Below are positions 1-10,100 of a stretch of DNA of 64,000 nucleotides, one piece after another. The position numbers and the translations under genes are program-made. Where the stretch lies: assembly GCA_039811685.1 (NCBI GenBank), contig JBDHZC010000001.1, forward strand, positions 832,001 to 896,000. Reading direction: 5' to 3'. Under the pieces are notes generated by a model. It did no database searches. It saw nothing but the letters and a program-made list of their open reading frames with translations, and was not told the DNA's origin. Position 1 is the first letter of the stretch, and each line of letters opens with the position of its first letter. This DNA comes from Armatimonadota bacterium. Its GTDB lineage: Bacteria > Armatimonadota > UBA5829 > DSUL01.

Positions 1-205
1 CCGGAAGCGCAGCCGCAATCGTCATTCGCGGGTGCGGATTGACCCCTTGCGAATACGCCATCCTCACCCCCGCTCGCCTCGCAGCCCGCTGAAACGTCCT
101 CACCAGATCCAGATGAGACATAAACCGCGCGGGGCCCTCCTTACGAAAGCGCACCACCACCCGGACAACAGGATCAGTCGTGATAGCAGCTTCCGTAGCC
201 TGCAT
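1..205 (-). CDS. TIGR03936/DUF2344 family radical SAM-associated protein (5' part; runs off window start)
   Basis: Not in ORF track; my translation gives MQATEAAITTDPVVRVVVRFRKEGPARFMSHLDLVRTFQRAARRAGVRMAYSQGVNPHPRMTIAAALP, matching the family N-terminus (F.K.G..RF.SHLD...RRAG...YSQG.NPHP). Overlaps the 3' end of its usual partner TIGR03960. Start uncertain. Confidence 0.85.
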   Translation of the reverse strand, partial: MQATEAAITTDPVVRVVVRFRKEGPARFMSHLDLVRTFQRAARRAGVRMAYSQGVNPHPRMTIAAALP

Positions 206-2030
206 GCTCAGGAAGCAGGCGGGCAAAAATTCCGCATCTCTGACACTTTTCTCTCCGGCAGTCAGGAGTCTTGTGCTCGATAAGGGCACGCTGGTCTTCC
301 AGCATCAGATACTTTTTTGAGACTCCCGCATCAATATGGTCCCAGGGCAGAGGCTCGTTATAGTCCCGCTGCCGGTTGGTGTAGTACTGCGGCGCAATGG
401 CAGTCTCCGCAAGCGCCTGCTCCCAAGCCGTGTGACTTCTCTCTTCACGCCACGCATCGAATCTGGCGCCGTTTGTCCAGGCGGCCAGTATGACCTCAGC
501 GACACGGCGGTCGCCTCTGGCCAAAAGACCTTCGAGCTGTGAATCCCGCGGCTCATTCCAGGACAGCTTCACACCCGGCATTTTCAAGGCCGCGCGCAGC
601 ACAGCGATCTTATGCGCTAACTGCTCGGGCGAAGCCTGAGCCCGCCACTGAAACGGTGTGAACGGCTTGGGCACAAAAGACGCCACACTGACGGATATCG
701 AAAGCCTAACTTTATCGAGTTGCCACGCCTGCCGCCGAATTTCCCGCACCAATTCTGCTATGCCCAAGACATCACAGTCTGTCTCAGACGGCAGTCCGAT
801 CATAAAATACAGCTTGATGCGACTCCACCCTTGCCGCCATGCGCTCATAGCGGCGCTGAAGATATCCTCATCCGAGATGTTCTTATTGATGACATCGCGC
901 AGGCGCTGTGTTCCGGCCTCCGGCGCAAACGTCAGGCCACTCTTGCGCACTTTCTGTATCTCGGACGCCAGTTTCACAGAAAACGCATCAGCCCGTAAAG
1001 ACGGCAACGACACGCTGACGCCCTGGACGCCAAAGTCATCTATCAATCCGCGAACAGCGCACTCGACTCCGGAATAATCCGCTGTCGAAAGAGAGACCAG
1101 AGAGACTTCGTCGAACCCTGTTGCGCTCAACAACTCTGCAGACATCTCAGAGATTTTCGGCGCGGAGCGCTCCCGTACGGGTCGCGTGATCATGCCAGCC
1201 TGGCAGAAGCGGCAGCCCCTCGTGCACCCTCGCATCACCTCCACCGAGATGCGGTCGTGCACTGCCTCAATATTGGGGACGACAGGCGCGCGCGGATAGT
1301 CCAGCGCTTCAAAGTCTCGCACGACTCGCTTCCGGACGGTTCGCGGTACCCTCGGATCATGCGTATAGCCGGTCAGGCGCCCTTCGCAGTCGTGGCTCCA
1401 GGAGTAGAAGGCCGGAACATAGACTCCCTCAATGCCTGTCAGTGCGAGCAGGATGTCTTGGCGTTTTCCGCCTTTCATCTGGCCAAAAACATCAAGCAGT
1501 TCGCCAACTACTTCCTCACCTTCACCAACGACAAAGGCGTCAATGAAGGGCGCCATCGGTTCAGGGTTGAAGGCGCAGTGTCCACCGGCAATAACAACCG
1601 GATCGGAGTCTGTGCGCTCAGCGCTTCGAAGAGGAATGCCACCCAGATCAAGGCAAGTCAAGACATTGGTGTAGGTCGCTTCGCTGCCCAATGAAAAACC
1701 GACCAGGTCCAGCTTGTGGAGCGGAGTAAAGGTTTCAAGCGTATACAGCGCGACTCCTTCTCGGCGCAACTCGCGCTCCATATCAGGCCACGGAGCGAAT
1801 ACGCGCTCGCAGAACGTATCTTCGCGCTGATTCATGAAGTGGTGGACAATCTGGAAACCCAGACTGGACATCCCCACCTCGTACACATCCGGAAACGCTA
1901 TTGCGGCATGCACGCGAACAGCCGCCGGGTCTTTCACCGTGATGTTGTACTCACCTCCGGCATATCGGCCCGGCTTCAGAACACGTCCCAAAATCTCGTC
2001 AAGCTTGGTGCTCGTATGCATGATGGACAA
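174..2030 (-). CDS. TIGR03960 family B12-binding-like radical SAM protein
   Basis: N-terminal KPGRYAGGE...FPDVYEVGMS, CxxxCxxC (CTRGCRFC), APEAGTQRLR, C-terminal Cys cluster (CRREKCQRCGI). Confidence 0.9.
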   Translation of the reverse strand: MSIMHTSTKLDEILGRVLKPGRYAGGEYNITVKDPAAVRVHAAIAFPDVYEVGMSSLGFQIVHHFMNQREDTFCERVFAPWPDMERELRREGVALYTLETFTPLHKLDLVGFSLGSEATYTNVLTCLDLGGIPLRSAERTDSDPVVIAGGHCAFNPEPMAPFIDAFVVGEGEEVVGELLDVFGQMKGGKRQDILLALTGIEGVYVPAFYSWSHDCEGRLTGYTHDPRVPRTVRKRVVRDFEALDYPRAPVVPNIEAVHDRISVEVMRGCTRGCRFCQAGMITRPVRERSAPKISEMSAELLSATGFDEVSLVSLSTADYSGVECAVRGLIDDFGVQGVSVSLPSLRADAFSVKLASEIQKVRKSGLTFAPEAGTQRLRDVINKNISDEDIFSAAMSAWRQGWSRIKLYFMIGLPSETDCDVLGIAELVREIRRQAWQLDKVRLSISVSVASFVPKPFTPFQWRAQASPEQLAHKIAVLRAALKMPGVKLSWNEPRDSQLEGLLARGDRRVAEVILAAWTNGARFDAWREERSHTAWEQALAETAIAPQYYTNRQRDYNEPLPWDHIDAGVSKKYLMLEDQRALIEHKTPDCRREKCQRCGIFARLLPEHAGYGSCYHD

Positions 2031-2115
2031 GCTCCCCTGCTACCTCCGCGACGCGCGCCAGATGCGCTACAGCGCCACCGCGCCAGCGTCAGGCGCGGCT
2101 TTCAGAAGGTCAGGG

Positions 2116-2850
2116 CTATTCGCCCTCCAGCTCTCCAACCTTGATATCGAGGTCCGCACGCTCTTCCACGCGCTCAATGCCTCCATCCCGAATCCACAGT
2201 ACGCGGTCGGAAACGTCCAGCATCTTAAGGTCGTGAGTTGCGGATATGATTGTGACGTTCTGCTCTTTATTCAGCTTCTTAAGCAGTTCAATAATCTCTT
2301 TGCCTGTCTTCAGGTCAAGATTTCCAGTAGGCTCATCAGCGAGAACGATGGACGGACTGTTCGCCAACGCTCTTGCGATAGCGACACGCTGCTGCTGCCC
2401 TCCCGACAACTCGTTGGGTTTGTGGTGCAGACGCTCGCCAAGCCCTACAGTGTTCAAAAGCTCGATACCCCGCTCAATGCCGTCGTCCGTAGGCGTGCCA
2501 GCAAATACAGTTGGCAGCGTGACATTCTCGAGGGCGGTCATCACGGGAATAAGGTTGAAAGACTGAAAGATGTACCCGATGGTGCGACAGCGCAGATAAG
2601 CAAGCTCCTGCGCGTCCAACTGCGCCATGTCAACGTCGTTAATGAATACAGTTCCACTGGTGGGCTTATCCAGTCCGCCGATCATGTTGAAGAGCGTGGA
2701 CTTTCCCGATCCGGAAGGCCCCATGATCGAAATATACTCGCCACGGCGAATATCCAGGTGAACGCTCTTGAGAGCGCGCAAAACCTCGCCGCCCAGTTGG
2801 AATTCTTTGCTTAAATCTTTGGTTCGGACAACATATTCGTTCGTTGCCAT
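2116..2850 (-). CDS. ABC ATPase, LolD/MacB/FtsE-like
   Basis: Walker A GPSGSGKST, signature LSGGQQQRVAIARAL, Walker B IVLADEPTGNLD, H-loop ATHD. Confidence 0.95.
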   Translation of the reverse strand: MATNEYVVRTKDLSKEFQLGGEVLRALKSVHLDIRRGEYISIMGPSGSGKSTLFNMIGGLDKPTSGTVFINDVDMAQLDAQELAYLRCRTIGYIFQSFNLIPVMTALENVTLPTVFAGTPTDDGIERGIELLNTVGLGERLHHKPNELSGGQQQRVAIARALANSPSIVLADEPTGNLDLKTGKEIIELLKKLNKEQNVTIISATHDLKMLDVSDRVLWIRDGGIERVEERADLDIKVGELEGE

Positions 2851-2921
2851 TAATTCTCTATTTACTCCATTTTCCGAAGAGCCGCCTGGTTCAACATCGG
2901 CTCATTCGCACGAGCACTCAC

Positions 2922-3542
2922 TTATATCTCCGCCCTCAGGGCCGCAGCGGGAGGCATTCGAGCTGCGCGAATGGCGGGCGCGATGGTTGCCAGAAATGTA
3001 AGAAACGTCCCGACACCGAGGCAGACGAGAAGAATCAGACCGATCTGCCCCATACTGACATTGCGCACAGAGCTCCACCCGAGGCTCCAACCGGCGGAGA
3101 GAAGCATAATGCCACCCCCGACAATGGCTCCTGCCGCAGACGCCAGAACACCCATAAACATCCCTTCGAGAATGAACATTCGCACGACAAAGCTGTCCAG
3201 AGCTCCCAGGCACTTCATCGTACCGATCTCTTTGAAGCGCTCCGTGACTGACATCAACATCGAGTTGGTGATTCCAATAGTGCTCATCAGCAGCGCGAGT
3301 GTGACCAGCCACACCTGACGGTAGTACTGCTGTTTGATAGCATCAGGCGTCATGTCCGTTTTGATACCGGCGTTGACAGCGCCCTGAACCAGCACCGAGG
3401 CCAGGAAAGCAATGCCGAGGAGAATTCCAAACGCTGTGACCGTGCTTCTGCCCAGTCTCAGGCGGATATTGTTCATCGCAATTTCGACAGATTTCCTAAA
3501 CGGTAGGTGAACCTGTCTTCCGAGTTTTTTGTGATCGCTCAT
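2922..3542 (-). CDS. Minimal FtsX/MacB-family ABC permease (almost no extracytoplasmic domain)
   Basis: IRLRLGRSTVTAFGILLGIA first TM, NSMLMSVTERFKEIGTMKCLGA coupling motif, C-terminal PAIRAARMPPAAALRAE. ATG at 3542 preferred over the ORF start at 3575. Confidence 0.85.
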   Translation of the reverse strand: MSDHKKLGRQVHLPFRKSVEIAMNNIRLRLGRSTVTAFGILLGIAFLASVLVQGAVNAGIKTDMTPDAIKQQYYRQVWLVTLALLMSTIGITNSMLMSVTERFKEIGTMKCLGALDSFVVRMFILEGMFMGVLASAAGAIVGGGIMLLSAGWSLGWSSVRNVSMGQIGLILLVCLGVGTFLTFLATIAPAIRAARMPPAAALRAEI

Positions 3543-3954
3543 TAGCTTTCTTTGATTCAGCAGCGCGGATTCCAATCAGAGCTCTTTCAGCGAGAATCTT
3601 CAGATACGTGCTGACAGAGACTTCCGCCTCCCGGCGCGACAGCTTGTGACGCTGCTGCACATACAATAGAATATCTTTGACGTTGTGAACGCCGTCGCAC
3701 AACTCCCAGACACCAGACCCAACGCGATCCAGCACAAGCTGTTTCTCGTCCGGAAGCCGGAACAACCGGCCTGCCAGATCTCCAAAGCGTCCCTTCCGGC
3801 GTGGGATGAAGAGATTGACTTCACCGTCCTCTTTGAACCAGCGCAAATTCTCATTTCGCGTCGGACGTGCGCTGAGAAGTTGCTCGCGCGTCGGCTTCTT
3901 AGAGCCTTTTGAAATGGGGAGATAGTCCCAGGCCTTGCCGATAAGCCCTTTCAC
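3496..3954 (-). CDS. PqqD/RRE-like winged-helix protein
   Basis: LVLDRVGSGVWELCDGVHNVKDI...YLKILAERALI matches the PqqD pattern (L...G..IW.L.DG..T...I...L..L...GLI). GTG at 3954 overlaps the upstream TGA (GTGA coupling). Confidence 0.75.
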   Translation of the reverse strand: MKGLIGKAWDYLPISKGSKKPTREQLLSARPTRNENLRWFKEDGEVNLFIPRRKGRFGDLAGRLFRLPDEKQLVLDRVGSGVWELCDGVHNVKDILLYVQQRHKLSRREAEVSVSTYLKILAERALIGIRAAESKKANERSQKTRKTGSPTV

Positions 3955-4931
3955 CCTTCGTGGCACCTCACCGTTGCAGCCACGCTGTGCACCAGGTCGA
4001 GCGGCCTTACCCCAAAGGCTCGGACCCCAACAATGCGGTTAGTCTGCGGACAGTGCCACACCAGACTGGCAAAGCGCTCCACGCGCCACGGCATGAAAAA
4101 CGCCCGGTATAACAGGCGCAGACCCTGCAGCCCACCCTCACGGCCCTGAGTCTGCAGCGCTTCGTGCTCGCCCCAATCCACCGGATCCGTCTCTCCGCGA
4201 AAGCTGGACAAGGTGCCCAGGTACTCATTGCGGTGCCACGCCTGCATGCCATCGCTCAAGAGCACTTCCGCCAACCCCCAGCGCTCAATGATAACACGTC
4301 CGGCGCGGCCCTTGAAATTCAACGACAAGAACCCGGACATAAGCTGCTGACGGATCAGTTTCGCAGACGACGGCACGCGGAAGCTGAGTCCGTAGAGACC
4401 CCACTCGACCCCACCGTCCAGCGTATGGTCGTGCACTGATTCCAACATGGCCTCGGCCTGTTGCCGCTCCACCTTTCCCGGCGGAAAGGATATCTGGGCA
4501 ATGACTACACGTTTGCACTCCCCGCACCAGAGCAGCTTTCCCAGTGCCTGCCGGTCTGACAGCCATTCAAACCGCACTTGCGTCATGCGACTCCGCGTTT
4601 TTGAGCTGCGCGCTCGACGCCGGGAACCGAAAATATCGCCCTCGTAAATATTTTTCTGTTTGCGGGTGCTCTTCTTGACCTGCTTGAGGTAGTCCTCAGC
4701 TATCGACTCCAGATCAGGCTGTGAGCGAAGCTTGCGCCATCGGAACTCAACTATCTCCGACTCCGGACCATCCACCCGGTAGTAACCCGCCGAGGCGTCC
4801 CCGGAGGCAGCTACCAGATTCCAGCTCTCCGGCATCTGCGCGCCAATGCCTTCCCACGCTATCAGAGACAGCGCGGTCTTTGAGACGCCTGCTTTTTCTG
4901 TCTTTTTGCTCCTCAATGCTGTCGCAGCCAT
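3951..4931 (-). CDS. Hypothetical soluble protein with apparent internal duplication
   Basis: 326-aa ORF tightly coupled to both neighbours; two similar halves, each ending in a Trp/Cys motif (LLWCGECKRVVI; VWHCPQTNRIVG). Confidence 0.75.
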   Translation of the reverse strand: MAATALRSKKTEKAGVSKTALSLIAWEGIGAQMPESWNLVAASGDASAGYYRVDGPESEIVEFRWRKLRSQPDLESIAEDYLKQVKKSTRKQKNIYEGDIFGSRRRARSSKTRSRMTQVRFEWLSDRQALGKLLWCGECKRVVIAQISFPPGKVERQQAEAMLESVHDHTLDGGVEWGLYGLSFRVPSSAKLIRQQLMSGFLSLNFKGRAGRVIIERWGLAEVLLSDGMQAWHRNEYLGTLSSFRGETDPVDWGEHEALQTQGREGGLQGLRLLYRAFFMPWRVERFASLVWHCPQTNRIVGVRAFGVRPLDLVHSVAATVRCHEG

Positions 4932-4940
4932 GGTCGTGTT

Positions 4941-6995
4941 CTAGAACGGAAGATAGTTGATTGATTTTGCGATAAGCGCAAGCGCGATGCCCGCCATCCC
5001 TGTGAGTCCGACTCCGCAGGAGAATCCGGCCAACAGTACCGGCGCATACATTGTCCAGCGCCCAGGGCCAAAGCGCTTTGCGAAATAGTGCCTCCCCAGC
5101 ATGGCTCCCAAAAACATCGGAAGCGCGCCGTTTATGTTGCCCTGCATACCGCCGATGATGCCGTAAAACATCAGCAAAGGAATGCCTACCGCGAGACAAA
5201 TCCCGTACAACACGAGCGTTGCGGCGCTGCCTCCAACGATAACCCATGGTTTCAACGCTTTCAGCAGAAAATTGTGCTCGCCAGACTGGTTGGCAGTCAG
5301 CCAGATGCTGCGCAGGTTGGCTTCCAGCGGCCAGAAGCGGTTGATAAATGGGTACTGGGCGCTTGGGATCTGGCTGGTATGCCAGAAAAACTGCCAGAAC
5401 AGAAAACTGGCCAGCAGGATGATCGGGAACATGAGTAGTTCGGCTTTGTAGATGCTGGTGAAGCGAGTTTTTGCCAGCTCCATCTCACGAAACCGCTGCG
5501 CCGTCGTGCCAAGGTCGTTCATTGGAATAGGCGCAAACCAGATGTCAACTTTCTTGTAACCGCTGGCGATGTAAACAGCCTGCTGCAGGAATGGGAAGGA
5601 CACTGTCTGACCTGTCAGGCCCACCATCCTTGCGTTGACGTAGGAGATTAGGGGTGTCCACAGCAGCCCAAACCCCAGGATAATCAGGAACGGAAAACCC
5701 GGCACCAGGATGCGACTGATAGTGATGTAGCCGAGTGTGGCAATCAGCCACATACCCAGCCCCACCCACATTGGAAAATCTCCACGCCCGGCAGGAGTTG
5801 CCAGAATACGTCTGTCCCGGTCTTTTGTTTCTTTGCTCTTGTTCTTGATTGCAGAATGAATGACGCTGGCTAGACCGATAAGGCCAACAGCAAAACCTAT
5901 CCCGATACCAGCGCTTAGCCAGAAATCCAAAGTGTTGGACAGTGACGTGGTAATGAAGCTCATCCCCTCCTTCCAGGTAGGCAGTAAGCCGAGTGAATGA
6001 AGGATTGGATTGCCAAAAAGCTGGAACACAGCTGCGCCGATGAAGCTTCCGACAACAATCGGAAACGGGATGACGAAGCCAGTCAGCACAACCCCCAGAT
6101 CCAGAACAAGCGATACGGGAGTCGCAGGGAGGAGCTTCTCTGTGTTGAGAGTCAAGTCCAGAAAAGGAATCGGCAGCAGCATAAGCGGCTTGGAAAACAT
6201 GACACCGGTAACAACTGGGATGAAGAGGTAGAGGGAACCGAACAGCAACCCAATGACGGTGCCAACGCTGAACACCTGCCAGCGCCAGGATTCCTCCTTA
6301 CTTCCAGCCTCAGAAAGAGCTGTGGCGCCGGCTGCGGCAATGGGCGCCATCGGAAATGGCAGGCGCTCAATATCGGAAGTGAGGCGGAAGAGCACATATC
6401 CTCCGCCGATCCAGTTCAGACGGCCGAGCACCTCCCCCATCAGTAGCAAACCAATAGGAATCAGCCATGCGGTATCCAGAAATGTCCGGTGTATGAGCGC
6501 CGGTGAGCCAGCGTGCGGAACCACCCAGGTGGGAATCTGGCTTGCGACGTGCTGAGTCTGAGGAGACTGCACAAAGTACTGCCACCAGACAAACCCGCCA
6601 AATGGCCCTCCGGAAAGCCCTGGGGCGCCTCCGCCAGCACCGGCTATCCCCCCCGCCACGTAGAACAGTGTGTAGATCTCAGCGCGCTGCAGCGGCTTGA
6701 AGGACCGGCGCGCAACTTCCGCAAAAAGGACTATAGTCACCCACTGCGCCGCAGGACCTAGCCCCTGCCCGGCAACCAGACCCATATACATGGCGCCCGG
6801 CATCATGATGAAGCCGATGAACAGCGCACCGATGACGGTTTTCATCGTGAAGCCGTCTTCGTACCCGACAGCGGCTTCGTCTGCGCCTGTTACCTCGGTC
6901 TGCTCGCGGGCGGACTCGATAGAAGTCCCAATATGCTCAGCGGCTTCGGAAATCTGAGCTTCGAATGTGTCTTGTCTCTCTTCGTCGTTTATCAT
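4941..6995 (-). CDS. OPT-superfamily-like polytopic membrane protein (putative peptide transporter)
   Basis: 684 aa, roughly 14-16 hydrophobic segments by eye, central IERLPFPMAPIAA motif resembling the OPT L.FP..P motif. Confidence 0.65.
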   Translation of the reverse strand: MINDEERQDTFEAQISEAAEHIGTSIESAREQTEVTGADEAAVGYEDGFTMKTVIGALFIGFIMMPGAMYMGLVAGQGLGPAAQWVTIVLFAEVARRSFKPLQRAEIYTLFYVAGGIAGAGGGAPGLSGGPFGGFVWWQYFVQSPQTQHVASQIPTWVVPHAGSPALIHRTFLDTAWLIPIGLLLMGEVLGRLNWIGGGYVLFRLTSDIERLPFPMAPIAAAGATALSEAGSKEESWRWQVFSVGTVIGLLFGSLYLFIPVVTGVMFSKPLMLLPIPFLDLTLNTEKLLPATPVSLVLDLGVVLTGFVIPFPIVVGSFIGAAVFQLFGNPILHSLGLLPTWKEGMSFITTSLSNTLDFWLSAGIGIGFAVGLIGLASVIHSAIKNKSKETKDRDRRILATPAGRGDFPMWVGLGMWLIATLGYITISRILVPGFPFLIILGFGLLWTPLISYVNARMVGLTGQTVSFPFLQQAVYIASGYKKVDIWFAPIPMNDLGTTAQRFREMELAKTRFTSIYKAELLMFPIILLASFLFWQFFWHTSQIPSAQYPFINRFWPLEANLRSIWLTANQSGEHNFLLKALKPWVIVGGSAATLVLYGICLAVGIPLLMFYGIIGGMQGNINGALPMFLGAMLGRHYFAKRFGPGRWTMYAPVLLAGFSCGVGLTGMAGIALALIAKSINYLPF

Positions 6996-7101
6996 AGATT
7001 GCTGCAGTCGCGGATGGACTTGGAAAAGCAGTGGCCTCTCAATCAGCGGCCAGCCTCAGTTTATCGCCAGCTTTGAAACCGTTATCACTTGCCAACTTCT
7101 G

Positions 7102-10100
7102 CTAAGCAGGCTCCGGAGCAGGCGGGCCTGAAGGCGGTGATGCTGAAGACTCAGCCGTCGCCAGGTACTTGTCCCTCTCCTCAGCTCCAAGAGTCCGCCA
7201 GATAAGAAACTGCCTGCGCAGAGTGTTCAGGAAGCGCCGGTTCACGCGTTTCCAGTTACTGATGTCGCCGGATTCTCGCCCCAGCTCAACGTGGATTTCA
7301 TAGACGTCCTCCATCGACGTAGGCACCGTTTCGAGCCTGACCGTCTGACTGACTCCAAGGTCGAACGGCGCCAGCCACGCCTTACAAGTCAGACCGTAAC
7401 CTCGTCCATGCTCTGTGTCGAAGGAGTCTGTGTGAACGTCCTGCGTGACAAAGTCTCCAACAGAGTACTCCTCATAAGCCTGGAACCACTCACCAAGGAA
7501 GCTATTCACGCCAACAGCCTGCTCGCCAGTCACGGAGAAGGGCAGTGGAATCCTCCAGGCGTCCCCGTCTGGCTCGGGTACCTTCCAGCTTCTGTCGATG
7601 GCCGGCGTGGCGACCTCAGAGGCTTTTCGCGCCGGGTACAGAGTTGACAGCCATACCACAACCATCACAAGGACGGTGGAGATGACAGCAGACATTGACG
7701 AGAAGTTCAGGGTCAACCCAGAAAGCAAACCCGTTGTCGCCAGTATCTTGCTAACGCCCTGTCCGATCAGATAGCCAGACACCGCTCCGAGAATGCCATA
7801 CACTGTGGCTTCCGCAAAGAACAGCATGGCGATGTGGTTGGGCGCCAGACCGATAGATGAGAAAATGCCAATCTCCCGGACGCGCTCATACACGGAGTCC
7901 AGCATCGTTTTGAGAACGCTAAGCCCGGCGATGATGATGGGAATGAGGATGGCCGCGAAGCCCTTTGTTGATGAGCTGCCAATGGAGCTGTAGCGATAGG
8001 TTACATTGCCCTTACCAGCGTAGAGATTCAGTCCGAGGCGCGGCATGAGGCTATCCAGCTCGTCTTTGACTTCTTCCGGGGAAATGAAATTGATGGCTAT
8101 TGAGCGAATTTCCCCTCCCATGTCCACCAGCGTCTGGTACGGAATGATGAACGTGGTATCGGGATCCATGTGCGTGTACTCGCGGAACCCGGCTTCGCCC
8201 AAACTCGTGCTCTGACCCTGCTGCTTGTTCATGAGAATGAAGTCCACAGGTGTCAGAGGTTCACCGTCCAGGTCCTTGAGATTACGGAACTTGATCGGGT
8301 CCACAATTCCGATAACCGTGTAGGAAACCCCTGCAAAGCGCACCTGAGCTTTGCCAACGTCCGCGGTTTTCACGCCGAGATCTCTGGCCATCCGCGCTGG
8401 CAAAATTATCACCTGGCGGTCATTGCTATTGAACCAGCGCCCGGCGATCAGTGTGCGAGACGGATGCGTAATGTTCTCTTCGGCCGACGTCAAACCCACA
8501 GCCGCCTTGGCGTCAAAGCGCCTGGCGCCGTTGCTTACAGTCAATGACGACTGTTCACCCAGCGACGCGCCGAAAAACCACGCCCGCGCGCCAACCGGGC
8601 GAGTACGGCCAAACTCATCATTCAGCAAACGGTAAGCAGGCTCTTGAAGAGGTTCCCACATCGCCGTGCGAAGCATGATGCCGTTGTAAGCGGGCTTTGT
8701 AGAAGTCGGCCTGGCGTTGAACCGGATCTCATTGACAATGGAAGTGAATGACAGGACGATAAACGTCACGAGAATGAGGCTGATGCAGGTAAGCACAGTG
8801 CGCGTTTTGCGCCGGCGCATGTTTGATACACCAAGAGAAAACGCCGCAGCAGCGACACTCATTCGCCCGATATCGACCCGGTGCACACCGCTCACCTGCC
8901 GGTTGAGCGCGCGAAGCTGCTCTTCGAACTTGCCCGACACCAGCACGACCACCATGCCCGATAGCACCAGCATAATAAAAGCCAGAATGACTATCATCGG
9001 GTTGAGCGTGATCTCAAAGGCCGGATGGATGCGGCTGAATCCGAGAGCCACCAGCACAAAGATCAGGATAAACGCAGTGAGCTGTTTGTTCAGATCCGGG
9101 AACCCGAAGAAAAGGCGCTCAATAAAGAACGAGAACGGCAAGAGCAGCGCCAGGTAGAACAACACTCCTCGGACAACGTCGGTTGCCGTCTGCTGAACGT
9201 CCGGGTACGCGCGAGCCTCAAACCCCCAAGCGCTTCTCGAGTGCGCCTCGAACCCCTCAAAATCCCTGGCCTCCCTGGCCTTCTCGGCAGCTTTCAACTC
9301 CAGCCCGGCGGCGCGATGAAGGTTGTCTATCCCCTGATTGATAATCCGGTACTTCTTGAGCCGATTGATCCGGAAGTCATCCAGCATGTACATATCGCGA
9401 GCGGCCTTGTAGGCCGTGTTAGTGATTGTTGTGCCGTTGGGCCCGACGTCATAGCCCGTACCTTCCGCCTCTGCTGCCGTCTTGCTGCCGGTAGAGTTCA
9501 ACAGCAGCAGTCGCACCGCCGCCGGACCGGCGCTCATCATAATCTTGATTCTCTCGTTCGGCGGGGTGAAAATGACTGCGCCATCTTCAACGTGGGAGAC
9601 CATCGGCTCTGGCGTCGCGACGGCGGTTCCAAACGTGCGCGGCGGTCCGTTCGTTGCCCCATCAAGCACTTCCAGCCCACCAAGCGCCGTCAAAGACTGC
9701 GGGTCTACGAGATCGTAGAGATTGGTCGCGACGCACGGAAATACGACGACAGGCATAGCCTTCGAGCTGGTGGCGACCGTGAAGGCCGTGTAGTTGAACT
9801 CGCCACCAAACACACCCTGGTCAGGCGCATAGCGAATTCCACCAGAATCCGGGTCCAGCTTGTAGGCAGCCAGGCCTGTGGAGTGCGCGCCACCATAGGC
9901 CGTTACTGGAGCCACACCCGGAAAACGGAAATGCCCTTTAGGCCCGGCAAGCTCGATCAGATTGGCCCGCACGCCCATGAACGACTTATGACCGCTTCGG
10001 AGCACTGCAATACAGCCGCTGACAGGCTGATTGGGAACAAAGCTCTTCTGTGGGTTGTACTCCACCACTTGCCCGCTGACGGTGGCGAATCCGCCCTGGA

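Noticed and set aside
174..3954. RiPP biosynthetic cluster (PqqD + radical SAM + ABC exporter)
   Set aside because: The radical SAM is TIGR03960-type without a SPASM domain, and no precursor peptide is visible.
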